Of a stretch of DNA of 64,000 bases, positions 11,122-20,944 are shown piece by piece. Location of the stretch: the NCBI GenBank assembly GCA_965216565.1, contig OZ244170.1, positions 2,144,001 to 2,208,000 on the forward strand, in the 5' to 3' direction. The DNA comes from Bythopirellula sp. (lineage in GTDB: Bacteria; Planctomycetota; Planctomycetia; Pirellulales; Lacipirellulaceae). Numbering within the stretch: the first letter of the stretch is position 1; each line of letters opens with the position of its first letter. The notes under the pieces were generated by a model. It was not told where the DNA came from and searched no databases. It was given only the letters and a program-made list of their open reading frames with translations. A program made the position numbers and the translations under genes.

Positions 11122-11203
11122 CGGAGGGCATGGGACTCGAACCCACAACCGGTTACCCGGCACCTGCATTCCAAGCAGGCCGCTAGCCATTCGCATACCC
11201 TCC
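11122..11203 (-). tRNA. tRNA-Ser (anticodon GGA), CCA not encoded
   Basis: Reverse complement: acceptor GGAGGGT/GCCCTCC+G; anticodon arm CCTGC-TTGGAAT-GCAGG; long variable arm CCGG-GTAA-CCGG; T-arm GTGGG-TTCGAGT-CCCAT. Confidence 0.95.
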
Positions 11204-11313
11204 GGAAGATGCAGGCGTTTGATCGCTGACAAAGCAAAGCTGGTCGGGAGAAACTCGCCCACCCTTCGGGACATTAAATTATGTCTGCAGTCGGGGATTT
11301 CGCAATCCGAAAT

Positions 11314-12627
11314 TTAGTCGAGTGTGTTGGCCCCTTGAATGAGCAACAGGAACTCTTCATTCGACTTGAATTTACCCAGCCTACTACTGAGCTGCTCCAT
11401 CGCATCTACGTGATGCATCGACGAAAGGGTGCGTCGCAACATGGTGGTTGCATGGAGGGTTTCTGGCGAAAGAAGCTTTTCTTCCCGGCGTGTACCCGAT
11501 TGTTCGATATCAATAGCAGGCCAAACGCGTCGATCAGCCAACTTGCGATCAAGCACCAATTCCATGTTGCCGGTGCCTTTGAACTCTTGAAAAATCAATT
11601 CATCCATCCGGCTTCCGGTATCGATGAGTGCGGTTCCGACGATGGTCAGAGACCCACCTTCTTCAAAAGCTCTTGCCGTGGCGAACAGCTTTTTAGGAAT
11701 GTCCATGGCTTTGATATCAACACCACCGCTCATAGTCCGGCCAGTATTGCCAACCCACTTGTTGAAAGCACGTGCCAGGCGAGTGATCGAGTCCATCACC
11801 ATAAATACATCCTGGCCCATTTCGGCCAGACGCTGGCAACGAGCGACCACCAATTGCGAGAGCCGTACGTGGCTTTCCACATCGCAATCTAAGCTACTAG
11901 CTAACACCTCACCCTTAGAGACGCTGCGACGCATGTCGGTCACTTCTTCTGGCCGTTCATCGATCAACAGCACCATCAACGAGACTTCCGGATAATTCTC
12001 TGCGACTGCATTGCTGATATGTTGCATCAGGACAGTCTTACCCGTACGCGGTGGAGCCACGATCAGTGCCCGCTGGCCTTTGCCCAAAGGCGTGAGCAAA
12101 TCCATAATGCGGGTGCTCATCGGCTCGGCACCGGTCTCGAGGCGGAACCATTGTTCTGGGGTGATCGGAGTCAGCTCATCGAACTGCTTGACTTCTAAAT
12201 AGTCTTCTGGCGAAATGCCGTCGACGTCCAGAATCTCGCGAAGTCGTGGGCCTTGCTGCTTGCGATGATGCTGAACCATACCGGTGATCAGCACACCCTC
12301 GCGAAGACCGAATTTTTCGATCATCGTTCCTGGCACAAATGGATCGGAACGTTCACGCGTGAAGTTTGTGGAGGGATCCCGAAGGAAACCATATCCATTG
12401 GGGTGCATTTCGAGCACTCCCGACCCGGCAACCAAGGGCAACGGTTCGCCGTTGTCTGGGAAATCGGGTTCCTGACGATTATCTGGTAACGAATTCCTTC
12501 GTCGATTCCCGCCGCGGCCCCCGCCGCGATTCGAATAGCGATTATTTCCGGAGTTTCTACCTCGGTAACGACCACCGCCGCCACCACCTCCGCCGCCACC
12601 CGATCTTTGCCTTTTCTTAGCCATCAC
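11314..12627 (-). CDS. rho: Transcription termination factor Rho (short Gly/Arg-rich N-terminus)
   Basis: GYGFLR RNA-binding motif, GKGQRALIVAPPRTGKT, LLIDERPEEVTD, DSITRLARA, EFKGTGNMEL, SGTRREE; start GTG 12627 or ATG 12624. Confidence 0.97.
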   Translation of the reverse strand: MMAKKRQRSGGGGGGGGGGRYRGRNSGNNRYSNRGGGRGGNRRRNSLPDNRQEPDFPDNGEPLPLVAGSGVLEMHPNGYGFLRDPSTNFTRERSDPFVPGTMIEKFGLREGVLITGMVQHHRKQQGPRLREILDVDGISPEDYLEVKQFDELTPITPEQWFRLETGAEPMSTRIMDLLTPLGKGQRALIVAPPRTGKTVLMQHISNAVAENYPEVSLMVLLIDERPEEVTDMRRSVSKGEVLASSLDCDVESHVRLSQLVVARCQRLAEMGQDVFMVMDSITRLARAFNKWVGNTGRTMSGGVDIKAMDIPKKLFATARAFEEGGSLTIVGTALIDTGSRMDELIFQEFKGTGNMELVLDRKLADRRVWPAIDIEQSGTRREEKLLSPETLHATTMLRRTLSSMHHVDAMEQLSSRLGKFKSNEEFLLLIQGANTLD

Positions 12628-13434
12628 TCAATACTTCCTGGATACTCAGATCAAAGGACAGAGCGTCTTGCGAAAACCTGCCCTGGAAATGTCAATTGCT
12701 TACAACGAAATCCGTCTAGCCAGATCTCGCCATGGAGCCATTGACCAAAAACTGCCAATCGACGTTGGCCTCAACAATCAAGCTGCCCATCACCTTCGTG
12801 CTGCAGCCTATCTTCTCAATAATGCATTGCTTTCCGAGCACACCACACTAACCTGCGCAACTTGGCGAAACACCTAAGATTCGTAGTAGTGCGACTGTCT
12901 TTGACAAACTCTTAGTCAATCGCAGTCTGCTGAGCGTTGCCCTCATTGTCACCAGCTCGTCATCTAAGAATTCTTGAGCCGAGCAAGTTCTGCATTATTA
13001 AGAAGTACAAAGTCTATAGGACGAATATCTTTGGGGCACGAAATTATTCTTGTGCGAACGAAGGATTTTCAACGACCACACTAGGGTCCCTTCAAAGACA
13101 TTCCGAAGCGTTCATTTTGCTGCTACGTGATTCGAAGCAGTAGAGCAATTCACTTCCTATTGGCAATCACTAAGCGAAACACAACAAACTTAAGCGCTCA
13201 GTGATCGACCCCCAAAAAGGTCTAATCGTTCCCTGAAGAATGAAATTTAGACCGTCAAAATCTAATGTTCTGCTATGGCCAATAAGCATTTACTGCAAAC
13301 GACACACTCACGTTCTAGCGGAGTAGGGCAGGGCATACATAAGCCTTCGCGCGTACTCATCCCGAATGCGAAGAAGCCGAATAATTTGGCCGATAGAACC
13401 TGCCCGATGTGGCAGGATGTTGAACTCACTTGCA

Positions 13435-13462
13435 ATCTTAGTCCCTGTTAATGCTGTGTCAA
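13435..13462 (-). promoter_or_regulatory. Sigma70-type promoter facing rho
   Basis: Minus strand TTGACA-N16-TAAGAT. Confidence 0.6.
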
Positions 13463-13952
13463 GCTCGTTTAATAAGAAGATACCGAAAACCCCACAGGCA
13501 TTGTTTTTACACTTTTTCTACGATTGCTGCCCGTTCGTTGTTCGATTTTCGAACCGCTTCCGAACCCCAAATCACACCCCCCCAGGCCCCGCCTAACCGG
13601 TCCCTAGTTAGGAAGAGGTAGACGGCCTCGGGAAGCGGCGTCACGTAGGCGACTCCTCGCAGAGTCTCAGCTCAGCCAAATACTGCTAAACTCAAGCCAA
13701 CTAATGCTTTACGCCAGCATCCCAGTTAGCCCAGATCCCCCTGGTGTAGCATGCATCAGCCGTTTATTCGTCAAAGTCGCCGATACCGGCCAGTTTTCAC
13801 AAAGTATTCCGCCACTCCCTTCCGATCTATCCGAGCAGAGGGTGAGATCGCCAAGCGCGCCGCTCCCTAGGAGATATTCATGCCCCTGTTCATTGATGCG
13901 GGCTGAATAAAGCTTTTCAATCAAATTTCTTGTCTGAAGTGAGCAAATCGAC

Positions 13953-15233
13953 ATGGCTATTCGACAGATTTCTTTACCGTCTATTGCAGCAGTAATGTTA
14001 GCAGCGACCCTGCTTTCTACATTGCCGGCCTCAGCGGCCGTGAAGTGGAGAAACAATGTCGACTCGGCCAAAATAGAAGCCACCCAAACCAATAGGCTAG
14101 TGCTGCTGCACTTCGGCACAAAAACCTGTGGCCCCTGCCAAAAGTTGGAGCGTGACGTATTCACTCAACCTCAGGTTGGCGACTTTATGGAGCAGCACTT
14201 CGTTCCAGTGAAAGTCGATGCCGATCAATCTCCGGCGCTCTCTAACGCCTATAAGATTTCTCGCGTCCCCACCGACGTGGTACTAACACCACAAGGCAAT
14301 GTGGTAGCGAGTCTTTCGTGTCCGATGGATCCGACCGCCTATGCCACGCAACTCGGAAACGTTTCCACTCACTATAAGCAGTACATGGCTAAGTCTTCGG
14401 CTCCTGTTCAACCGCCCGTTCAATCGGCTTATGCTGGTTTGCAGGTGGGGCAATACAATGCGGGACGACCAGTAACCACTCCCGGTACTTCAGCCGCTCC
14501 TGTGCAGCAGGTTTCGGGTACATCTACCAACCCATACTTCGCTCAGGCTCCCACTCAGGCGGCTCCGGCTCATGCAGTTCCTGCAGTCGCGGGACATCCG
14601 CAATCCCAGGCGTCCGTGCCAACTAGCCAAGCACCTGTTCAGGCTCAGCCAAATCCGTATGGGGTTATGAATCCTTACGCCCAACCAGCGCACCGCGCTG
14701 CAGCCCCTGCTCCAGTCGCCCAACCGGTTGCCGCTCCTCAGCAAAACGTAGCTGCACCACCACAAACTAGTCCTCAAATAGCTACCGCCAGCCCGGCAAT
14801 CACTCAGGCTCAAACACAACCTGCAAAGCCGTCGATTACTCTACCTGCCGGCAGCCCACCACTTGCGTTTGACGGTTTTTGCCCCGTCACCTTAAAGTCG
14901 GAACGAAAATGGATCAAAGGCGATACCACCTTTGGTGCGGTGCATCGGGGGCGAACGTTCTTGTTCACCAACGAAGGCGCTCGTCAAAAGTTCTTGGCAA
15001 ATCCCGATGCCTATAGCCCCGTCTTCTCAGGCTACGACGCTGTCGTGATGCTCGAGCAAAGCCAGGCAGTGGAAGGCAGTCGCAAGTTTGGCTACGAATA
15101 CCGCGGCGCTTTCTACCTGTTCAGCAGCCAGGATACGATGAACAAATTCGCCAGCGATCCCGATCGCTATTCGGCGCAGGTACGGCAAGCGATGAACCGC
15201 CTCGACGGCAACCTCGGCACCATTCGTCGGTAA
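13953..15233 (+). CDS. Secreted thioredoxin-family protein with Pro/Gln/Ala linker and tandem YHS-like domains
   Basis: Signal peptide, CGPC motif, low-complexity linker, GFCPVTL..FLANPDAY and GYDAVV..FASDPDRY repeats. Confidence 0.8.
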   Translation: MAIRQISLPSIAAVMLAATLLSTLPASAAVKWRNNVDSAKIEATQTNRLVLLHFGTKTCGPCQKLERDVFTQPQVGDFMEQHFVPVKVDADQSPALSNAYKISRVPTDVVLTPQGNVVASLSCPMDPTAYATQLGNVSTHYKQYMAKSSAPVQPPVQSAYAGLQVGQYNAGRPVTTPGTSAAPVQQVSGTSTNPYFAQAPTQAAPAHAVPAVAGHPQSQASVPTSQAPVQAQPNPYGVMNPYAQPAHRAAAPAPVAQPVAAPQQNVAAPPQTSPQIATASPAITQAQTQPAKPSITLPAGSPPLAFDGFCPVTLKSERKWIKGDTTFGAVHRGRTFLFTNEGARQKFLANPDAYSPVFSGYDAVVMLEQSQAVEGSRKFGYEYRGAFYLFSSQDTMNKFASDPDRYSAQVRQAMNRLDGNLGTIRR

Positions 15234-15264
15234 TTCGTGCCGAGCTAAGTATTCTAGTTAAACC

Positions 15265-15301
15265 AGCACCCTGGCATGAATCATGTCAGGGTGCTTTTTT
15301 T
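15265..15301 (+). terminator. Intrinsic terminator
   Basis: AGCACCCTGGCATG / CATGTCAGGGTGCT stem followed by a T run. Confidence 0.85.
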
Positions 15302-15532
15302 GTTGGGAACGCTTCGGCTCTCAGCTTTCCAAACCGCTGTTTCTCGGGGAATAGGGAATGTGTTTGGCTGAATTCTACACGGTCGCCTACAATCACAGGT
15401 ACACAGGGCGTTCGCTGAAGGCACCGCCGGCCAACTGAACCAAACACTCAGTAGCTCCTCTAGCGTCTCGAGAGCAAGAGGACATACCAATGGCGACCAC
15501 GGCGAACGCCCTTTTTCTATGCGCTCGCTGAA

Positions 15533-17242
15533 TTAACTAACCAACTCACCCCAGTTAGCATCGAAGTTCTTTTTGCATTTGGGGCAGCGGACGCGTTGGC
15601 CCAGGAATTTCTGCGGGGCACTCTTGCCATGCTCGCACGCGGGACAACGCAGATAGAATTGTAACGCATCGCCATTAGATAGTTGCTCTTTGGCGTTGGC
15701 ACTAAGGTGTTCGAATTCAATGTCCCCGGCTTCCAGTGTCGTCAATTGCTCTACCGACAGATCTGCGATTCGTACGATGCGATTCGCCATGTGCCTAATT
15801 GCGAGCTCAAAAATATTGCGGACCGTGCGACCGTTACCAAAATGTTCGTCGCGATCCTTGTGCAGATCATGAAACCCCACGATCACTTTGGCTCTGGCTT
15901 CTGGTGGGAGCTCATAATGGTTCTTATCGCACATCTGACCGAAGATCTCAGCCAGCTCCAACGCTGAGTAGTCCTCGAAATCCAAATTGCGGCTAAACCT
16001 CGAACTCAGCCCCGGGTTGCTGCCCAGCAACTGTCGCATTTCGACTGGGTAGCCAGCCAATATCACAACCAGCCGATCGCGCTCGTCCTCCATCCTCTTC
16101 AATAAGACTTGAATCGCCTCTTGGCCGTAGGGATCGTCGCTCTCGGAAGAAATTAACGAATAGGCCTCATCAACGAACAACACGCCATCGAGGGCCTCGT
16201 TAATTTTTTCTTCAGACTTCAAACTAGTCTGCCCTGCATAGCCAGCCACGAGTCCCGAACGGTCGGTTTCTATCAGATGCCCTTTTTCCAGGATCCCCAT
16301 CGCACCAAATACTTTGCCAAGAACTCGCGCGATAGTTGTTTTGCCGGTTCCTGGGTTGCCGTGGAAAACCATGTGCAAACTCAGCGGCGTTGTCGGCAGG
16401 CCAGCCGATTCGCGGTGACCTTGAACCTTTAGATAATTGGCTAGAGTGCGGACTTCCTGCTTGATATTCCCCAATCCAATCAGCCGATCGAGGTCAGCCA
16501 AAGCTTCGTCCAACAGCTCTTCAGCAGATTTTTGGGGAACCGATTCCGGCTCGTCGCGTTTCAGCTCCGAAGCTTCCAATTGTTTGTCATCGTCGGCGGT
16601 GGCTTGAGTTTGGGTGGCTGAATGGCCGCCTGCTGCCGGCAATCGCGCGGCCTCCTGATACATGCTGTCGATCGTTTGCTTCTGCGCCACCGATGCCTGT
16701 TCGTGCTGGTCGGGCTCGTCGATGGGAATCTGACGAAGGTGCAAGTAGAGTTCGTCTTGAATCATTTTCACGCAAGCCAACTCCGTGGCAGCCGGCGGTC
16801 CATCAATACGAGCTATCAGATTGGCAAGTCGCGTGACGATTGTTTCCAATTGGCCAACACGATTTCTTAACGCGGCGATTTGATCGAAGGGCCTTACCAG
16901 TGAGTACCACTTGAGCGAGAGCGCCTTGGCAGACATTTGCTGGACAACCTGTTTCAGTCGATCGCCGTCCAAGCGTTGCCCCCAAAGATGTTCGACCATT
17001 TCGACTGCCAAGAGACGTTCGTTCATGCTCCAGCGTCGATCCGCTTCGCAGATGGTGATGAATACCTTTAACAGTAGCGCACGATGCAGGTCTTCCATTA
17101 ATTGACGAAAATGGTCCCCGCCCTTGGGAAGCAGATCTGGGCATTCGGTGGCGCAGAGGTCGCCGCTCGATACGTAAAGCTCTCTGCATTCTTCGAGCAG
17201 GGTGCGAAATTGGGCTGCATTGAAATCGGCCATGCCGACCAT
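15533..17242 (-). CDS. AAA+ ATPase (SpoVK/CbbX-like) with TerB-like N-terminus and C-terminal Zn ribbon
   Basis: LIGLGNIK, GNPGTGKT, VLFVDEAY, NPGLSSRF, FGNGRTVRN; CPAC..CPKC; N-terminal ICEADRRWSMNE. Confidence 0.85.
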   Translation of the reverse strand: MVGMADFNAAQFRTLLEECRELYVSSGDLCATECPDLLPKGGDHFRQLMEDLHRALLLKVFITICEADRRWSMNERLLAVEMVEHLWGQRLDGDRLKQVVQQMSAKALSLKWYSLVRPFDQIAALRNRVGQLETIVTRLANLIARIDGPPAATELACVKMIQDELYLHLRQIPIDEPDQHEQASVAQKQTIDSMYQEAARLPAAGGHSATQTQATADDDKQLEASELKRDEPESVPQKSAEELLDEALADLDRLIGLGNIKQEVRTLANYLKVQGHRESAGLPTTPLSLHMVFHGNPGTGKTTIARVLGKVFGAMGILEKGHLIETDRSGLVAGYAGQTSLKSEEKINEALDGVLFVDEAYSLISSESDDPYGQEAIQVLLKRMEDERDRLVVILAGYPVEMRQLLGSNPGLSSRFSRNLDFEDYSALELAEIFGQMCDKNHYELPPEARAKVIVGFHDLHKDRDEHFGNGRTVRNIFELAIRHMANRIVRIADLSVEQLTTLEAGDIEFEHLSANAKEQLSNGDALQFYLRCPACEHGKSAPQKFLGQRVRCPKCKKNFDANWGELVS

Positions 17243-17303
17243 TATCGGACAGAAACTGCCGCGGGCAAAGTCCTAAGCCGCCTGAGCAGGAATTCGATGT
17301 TGG

Positions 17304-17936
17304 CTAAACCAATCCCTTGCGGACGGCCCAAACTGCGGCTTGCGTGCGGTCGGAGACACCGACTTTTCGCAAAATGTGTTGGACGTGTTCCTTCACCGTT
17401 TCGTAACTAATCGACAAGGCTTGGGCAATTTCGCGATTACTAAGCCCTAAGGCCAGTTGTTTGAGCACTTCGCTCTCGCGTTTGGTCAGCGGGACTTCCA
17501 GGTCGACCGCAGCGCGAGGTGTGGAAAGTGCGCCGGTCACACGTCGCAATTCATCGCGTCTCCAGATAGCCTCGCCAGCAGAAGCACGGCGAATCGCCGA
17601 GAGAATTTCTTCTTTGCTGGCAGTCTTTACAACATAGCCCAAGGCACCCAAGGCCACTGCGCGGGCGATGTACGTGGGATTGTCGTACGCACTGAACATC
17701 AGCACCGATAAGTTGGGCATCTCGGTCCTGAGCCGACCGAGGCAAGTGATACCATCGGCACCTGGCATACGGACATCGAGTAAGACAATATCGAGATTGT
17801 GCTGCGAGGCCAGGGCGAAAGCCTCGTTTCCATCAGAAGCCTCAGCCACAATCTCAATCTCGGTATCGGCGGTCATACTCCGCACGCCGGCCCGAACTAC
17901 GGCATGATCGTCGGCGATCAACAAGCGAATGGCCAT
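17304..17936 (-). CDS. NarL/LuxR-family response regulator
   Basis: IADDH, LLDVRMP, VVKT; HTH LTKRESEVL..GLSNREIA..TVKEHV. Confidence 0.95.
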   Translation of the reverse strand: MAIRLLIADDHAVVRAGVRSMTADTEIEIVAEASDGNEAFALASQHNLDIVLLDVRMPGADGITCLGRLRTEMPNLSVLMFSAYDNPTYIARAVALGALGYVVKTASKEEILSAIRRASAGEAIWRRDELRRVTGALSTPRAAVDLEVPLTKRESEVLKQLALGLSNREIAQALSISYETVKEHVQHILRKVGVSDRTQAAVWAVRKGLV

Positions 17937-18545
17937 TTTTCTGACCTCTCTTTTGTGGATGCGTTTGCCACTTGGGCCCTGCAGACGATTCGCAGAATGT
18001 TATTCCACGTCGCTACCACAATGCTCAAATACGAATACCACTACGAGTAGCACACCCAACTTCGAGCCAGGCGAACTACGATATTGCTTTGCCGACAATT
18101 GCTCTCCTCTGCCGACATCGACTCGATTAGTCATTGCTTGCCGCATTCACCTCGACACTTTGACACCCCAAGAGGTGTCGGCCGCGGCGCGTTCCTTGCG
18201 ACAAGCGTGCTCTTATCCTAGAGAGGGCCTGGAATTCCCCCTGATTTGGGGAAAACCCACCCCCTAACCCTTACCTTATCAAGAATTGAAATCCAAGCAA
18301 TGCTTTTTAAGTCCTAATAATGACCCTCGCCAGATTCTCAAACGTCGACAAATGCCTGACATAGGTGTCGAAATCTCCATCCGCCAATATTTTTTTCAAG
18401 ACTTTGGTTTTTCCCATTTTGTACTGGTCATAAAACTTCGATCTCACCATTCAGGTTTACACTGAAAAGCAATTCTCACATACTCGTCAGCTTGAATCGT
18501 ATTTCCCGCCAAGATATTGCCCTCCGAAAAACGCACCGGCTACCT

Positions 18546-19391
18546 ATGCCTACCCGTCCACCAAAGCCCAGCCATCGGCTTTCTATGAACGAAGTGACGA
18601 CCTTTCGTTGGTCGTTTGAAGAAGACGTTTGGCATTATGTTCAGGCAGGGTACGAAGCAATTGGCATCTGGCGACAAAAGCTCTCCGACTATGGCGAAGA
18701 ACGGGGAGTCGATTTGGTTGCTGAGAGCAAGCTGCACGTGACCAATCTCCACTGGGCCGGCGGATTCACTGGTAACGAAGGCAAATCGTTACAAGAAGCT
18801 ATCGACGATGCAGCCCATGCCATCCGTCTCGCCGGAGCGTTAGACGCTGGTTGCCTGGTCGTCTATCCGGGCGGCAGAAACAACCATACCTTTCGTCATG
18901 CCAAGCGGTTGCTAACCGAGGCGATCGAACAGCTGCTGCCACTGGCGGAAGCATCCGATGTTGTCCTGGCCTTCGAGCCCATGCACCCCGCCTGCGCTAC
19001 GCAGTGGACCTTCATGACCAACTTGGCAGAAACGGTTAGCTTCTTGGAAAGCTTCCACTCTCCGCACCTGAAAATCATTCTCGATGTGTACCATTTTGGC
19101 CAGGATAAGAACTTTCTCGAAGAATTGCCGAACCTCGTCAACCATGCGGCACTCGTACAGTTAGGAGATCGCCGCTCCGATCATAAGAGCGAACAGAATC
19201 GCTGTCGGCTTGGTCATGGCAAGCTTCCCTTAGCTCGGATCGTCCAGCAGTTAATCGCGGCGGGCTACGCGGGAGATTTCGACATAGAATTGGTTGGACA
19301 GGACGTGCAACTATGCGACTATGAATACCTGCTGCAAGACTCCAAACAGAGCTTTCAGCAGATGCTTTCGCCAGTTCGAAAAGACGCATAG
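18546..19391 (+). CDS. Sugar phosphate isomerase/epimerase (AP endonuclease 2 TIM barrel)
   Basis: LAFEPMH, ILDVYH, VQLGD, R..LGHG, DIEL; start uncertain. Confidence 0.85.
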   Translation: MPTRPPKPSHRLSMNEVTTFRWSFEEDVWHYVQAGYEAIGIWRQKLSDYGEERGVDLVAESKLHVTNLHWAGGFTGNEGKSLQEAIDDAAHAIRLAGALDAGCLVVYPGGRNNHTFRHAKRLLTEAIEQLLPLAEASDVVLAFEPMHPACATQWTFMTNLAETVSFLESFHSPHLKIILDVYHFGQDKNFLEELPNLVNHAALVQLGDRRSDHKSEQNRCRLGHGKLPLARIVQQLIAAGYAGDFDIELVGQDVQLCDYEYLLQDSKQSFQQMLSPVRKDA

Positions 19392-19425
19392 CAGCAATTG
19401 ATTAGTTGCACGGTAAGCTTTCAAT

Positions 19426-19860
19426 ATGGATCGTGATCTCATCGTTACCGAAAACGTCCGGATTCCCGCTGCAGAGATTTCACTTTCCTACGCCCGCAGC
19501 TCAGGGCCCGGCGGCCAAAATGTTAACAAAGTCAACAGCAAGGCGGTCTTGAAATGGAATGTCGCAGCCTCGCCAAGTCTTTCCAATGGAGTGAAGTCGC
19601 GGTTCTTCGAGCGCTACTCAAAGCGAGTGAACCAATTGGGCGAAGTCGTCCTCGCTAGCGATCGATTCCGCGATCAACCGCGCAACGTCTCCGATTGTTA
19701 CGAGAAGCTCCGCCAACTCATCCACTCGGTGCTGGTCCCGCCGCGAAAAAGAATCAAAACTCGACCTTCTAAAGGTTCAGTTCAGCGTCGTCTTACCAAC
19801 AAGCGTCACCGCTCGCAAAAAAAGCAGTCTCGACAGTTTCGCGAAGGCAACGACGAGTAG
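19426..19860 (+). CDS. arfB: Alternative ribosome-rescue peptidyl-tRNA hydrolase ArfB
   Basis: SSGPGGQNVNKVNSK and basic C-terminal tail. Confidence 0.95.
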   Translation: MDRDLIVTENVRIPAAEISLSYARSSGPGGQNVNKVNSKAVLKWNVAASPSLSNGVKSRFFERYSKRVNQLGEVVLASDRFRDQPRNVSDCYEKLRQLIHSVLVPPRKRIKTRPSKGSVQRRLTNKRHRSQKKQSRQFREGNDE

Positions 19861-20279
19861 GCGATCTAGGCAATTTAATCGACAGACTCTGATTGCCATA
19901 AATTCGTTTTAAACACGCATTCGGGTGGAATCACGCAGTTTTTGCACTAACTCCATCGGGTGGAAAGCTAGTCAGATGGCATGCCCCCAGGTTAAACTGA
20001 AGAGCCTCATCACTACCAGCCAGCCGTATCATCTGACGTTCATTCCTATTTCTTCCAGCTGGCAGTAAGTTTGGCCCGCTTCGCCGTGCGATTCTATTTG
20101 TCTGTGACTTAGCAGTTGCTTAGGCACCAGCAATAGTCGCCCGTGATATCGCCTACAGGAACTGGGGCACGCTGGGGTTTAAGGGGAATCGAAACGCAAT
20201 GTTTGCCCGCGGTGGCGGGTTGTTGTGTCTCGGCGGTCAAGGAATTCGTCCACCCGTCGGACATATTGGATAGGAGGAA

Positions 20280-20750
20280 ATGATCATGCAAGGTACCGAA
20301 TCACATACCACTCTCAACGCGGCATGGATGGAACATCAGATTCTCGAGCACATCAAAAAAGCACTACGAGTTACCCTGGATTGGAAAGTGCCCTCGGTGG
20401 GCGCTCAGCAAAAGCTCTCTAGCATGCAATTCACTCTCCAGTCGTTCCAACGTCATCTAGAACGTTTGATGACCATGGAAGAAGAAGACGGCTATCTGCT
20501 GCTGGTTGCCGAGTCCAAACCCAATCTGAGCACGCGGGTCGAGCGTCTCGCTTCGGATCACCAGATCTTCCGAGAATCGATCGAACATCTACTCCCCGAG
20601 ATGGAAACGCTCAGTTCCTATGATTCCGAGCATTTCGATCGCATCTGCAATCAAGTCAACAGCCTTCTCGAAAGTGTCGACCAGCACGATCATGATGAGA
20701 TCGAGCTGCTAAACGATGCCTTCCTCTGCGATGAAGGCGGCGAAGGCTAG
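20280..20750 (+). CDS. Hemerythrin/HHE-like four-helix protein
   Basis: EH..., H-x6-EE, DH, HDHDE pattern; strong SD AGGAGG. Confidence 0.6.
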   Translation: MIMQGTESHTTLNAAWMEHQILEHIKKALRVTLDWKVPSVGAQQKLSSMQFTLQSFQRHLERLMTMEEEDGYLLLVAESKPNLSTRVERLASDHQIFRESIEHLLPEMETLSSYDSEHFDRICNQVNSLLESVDQHDHDEIELLNDAFLCDEGGEG

Positions 20751-20944
20751 CTTTGACTCTCGTGAACTACGGGGTTGTTGGGCGTCAATCGGCACTTGGT
20801 CGGCGGCAGCAAACCTAGAGATTTAAGCTCTTGCTTCGCAGAAAATCTGACTGCACGTCTCTTCACTCATTGCCAGTCTGGCTACAATAAAAATAGAGCG
20901 TATGCGCTAGCTTCGCCATCGATTGATTTGCAACTTAAGGTGCC

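Noticed and set aside
11281..11892. 203-aa plus-strand ORF, and similar long shadow ORFs (50960-51583, 55346-55924, 61916-62536)
   Set aside because: Antisense to well-supported genes, with no recognisable motifs.
12628..13430. rho leader as CsrB-like sRNA, tmRNA or RNase P RNA
   Set aside because: GGA motifs are not placed in the loops, and no tmRNA tRNA-like ends or RNase P GAGGAAAGUCC signature were seen.
20130..20280. c-di-GMP or other known riboswitch
   Set aside because: Could not match conserved cores by eye; needs an Rfam scan.
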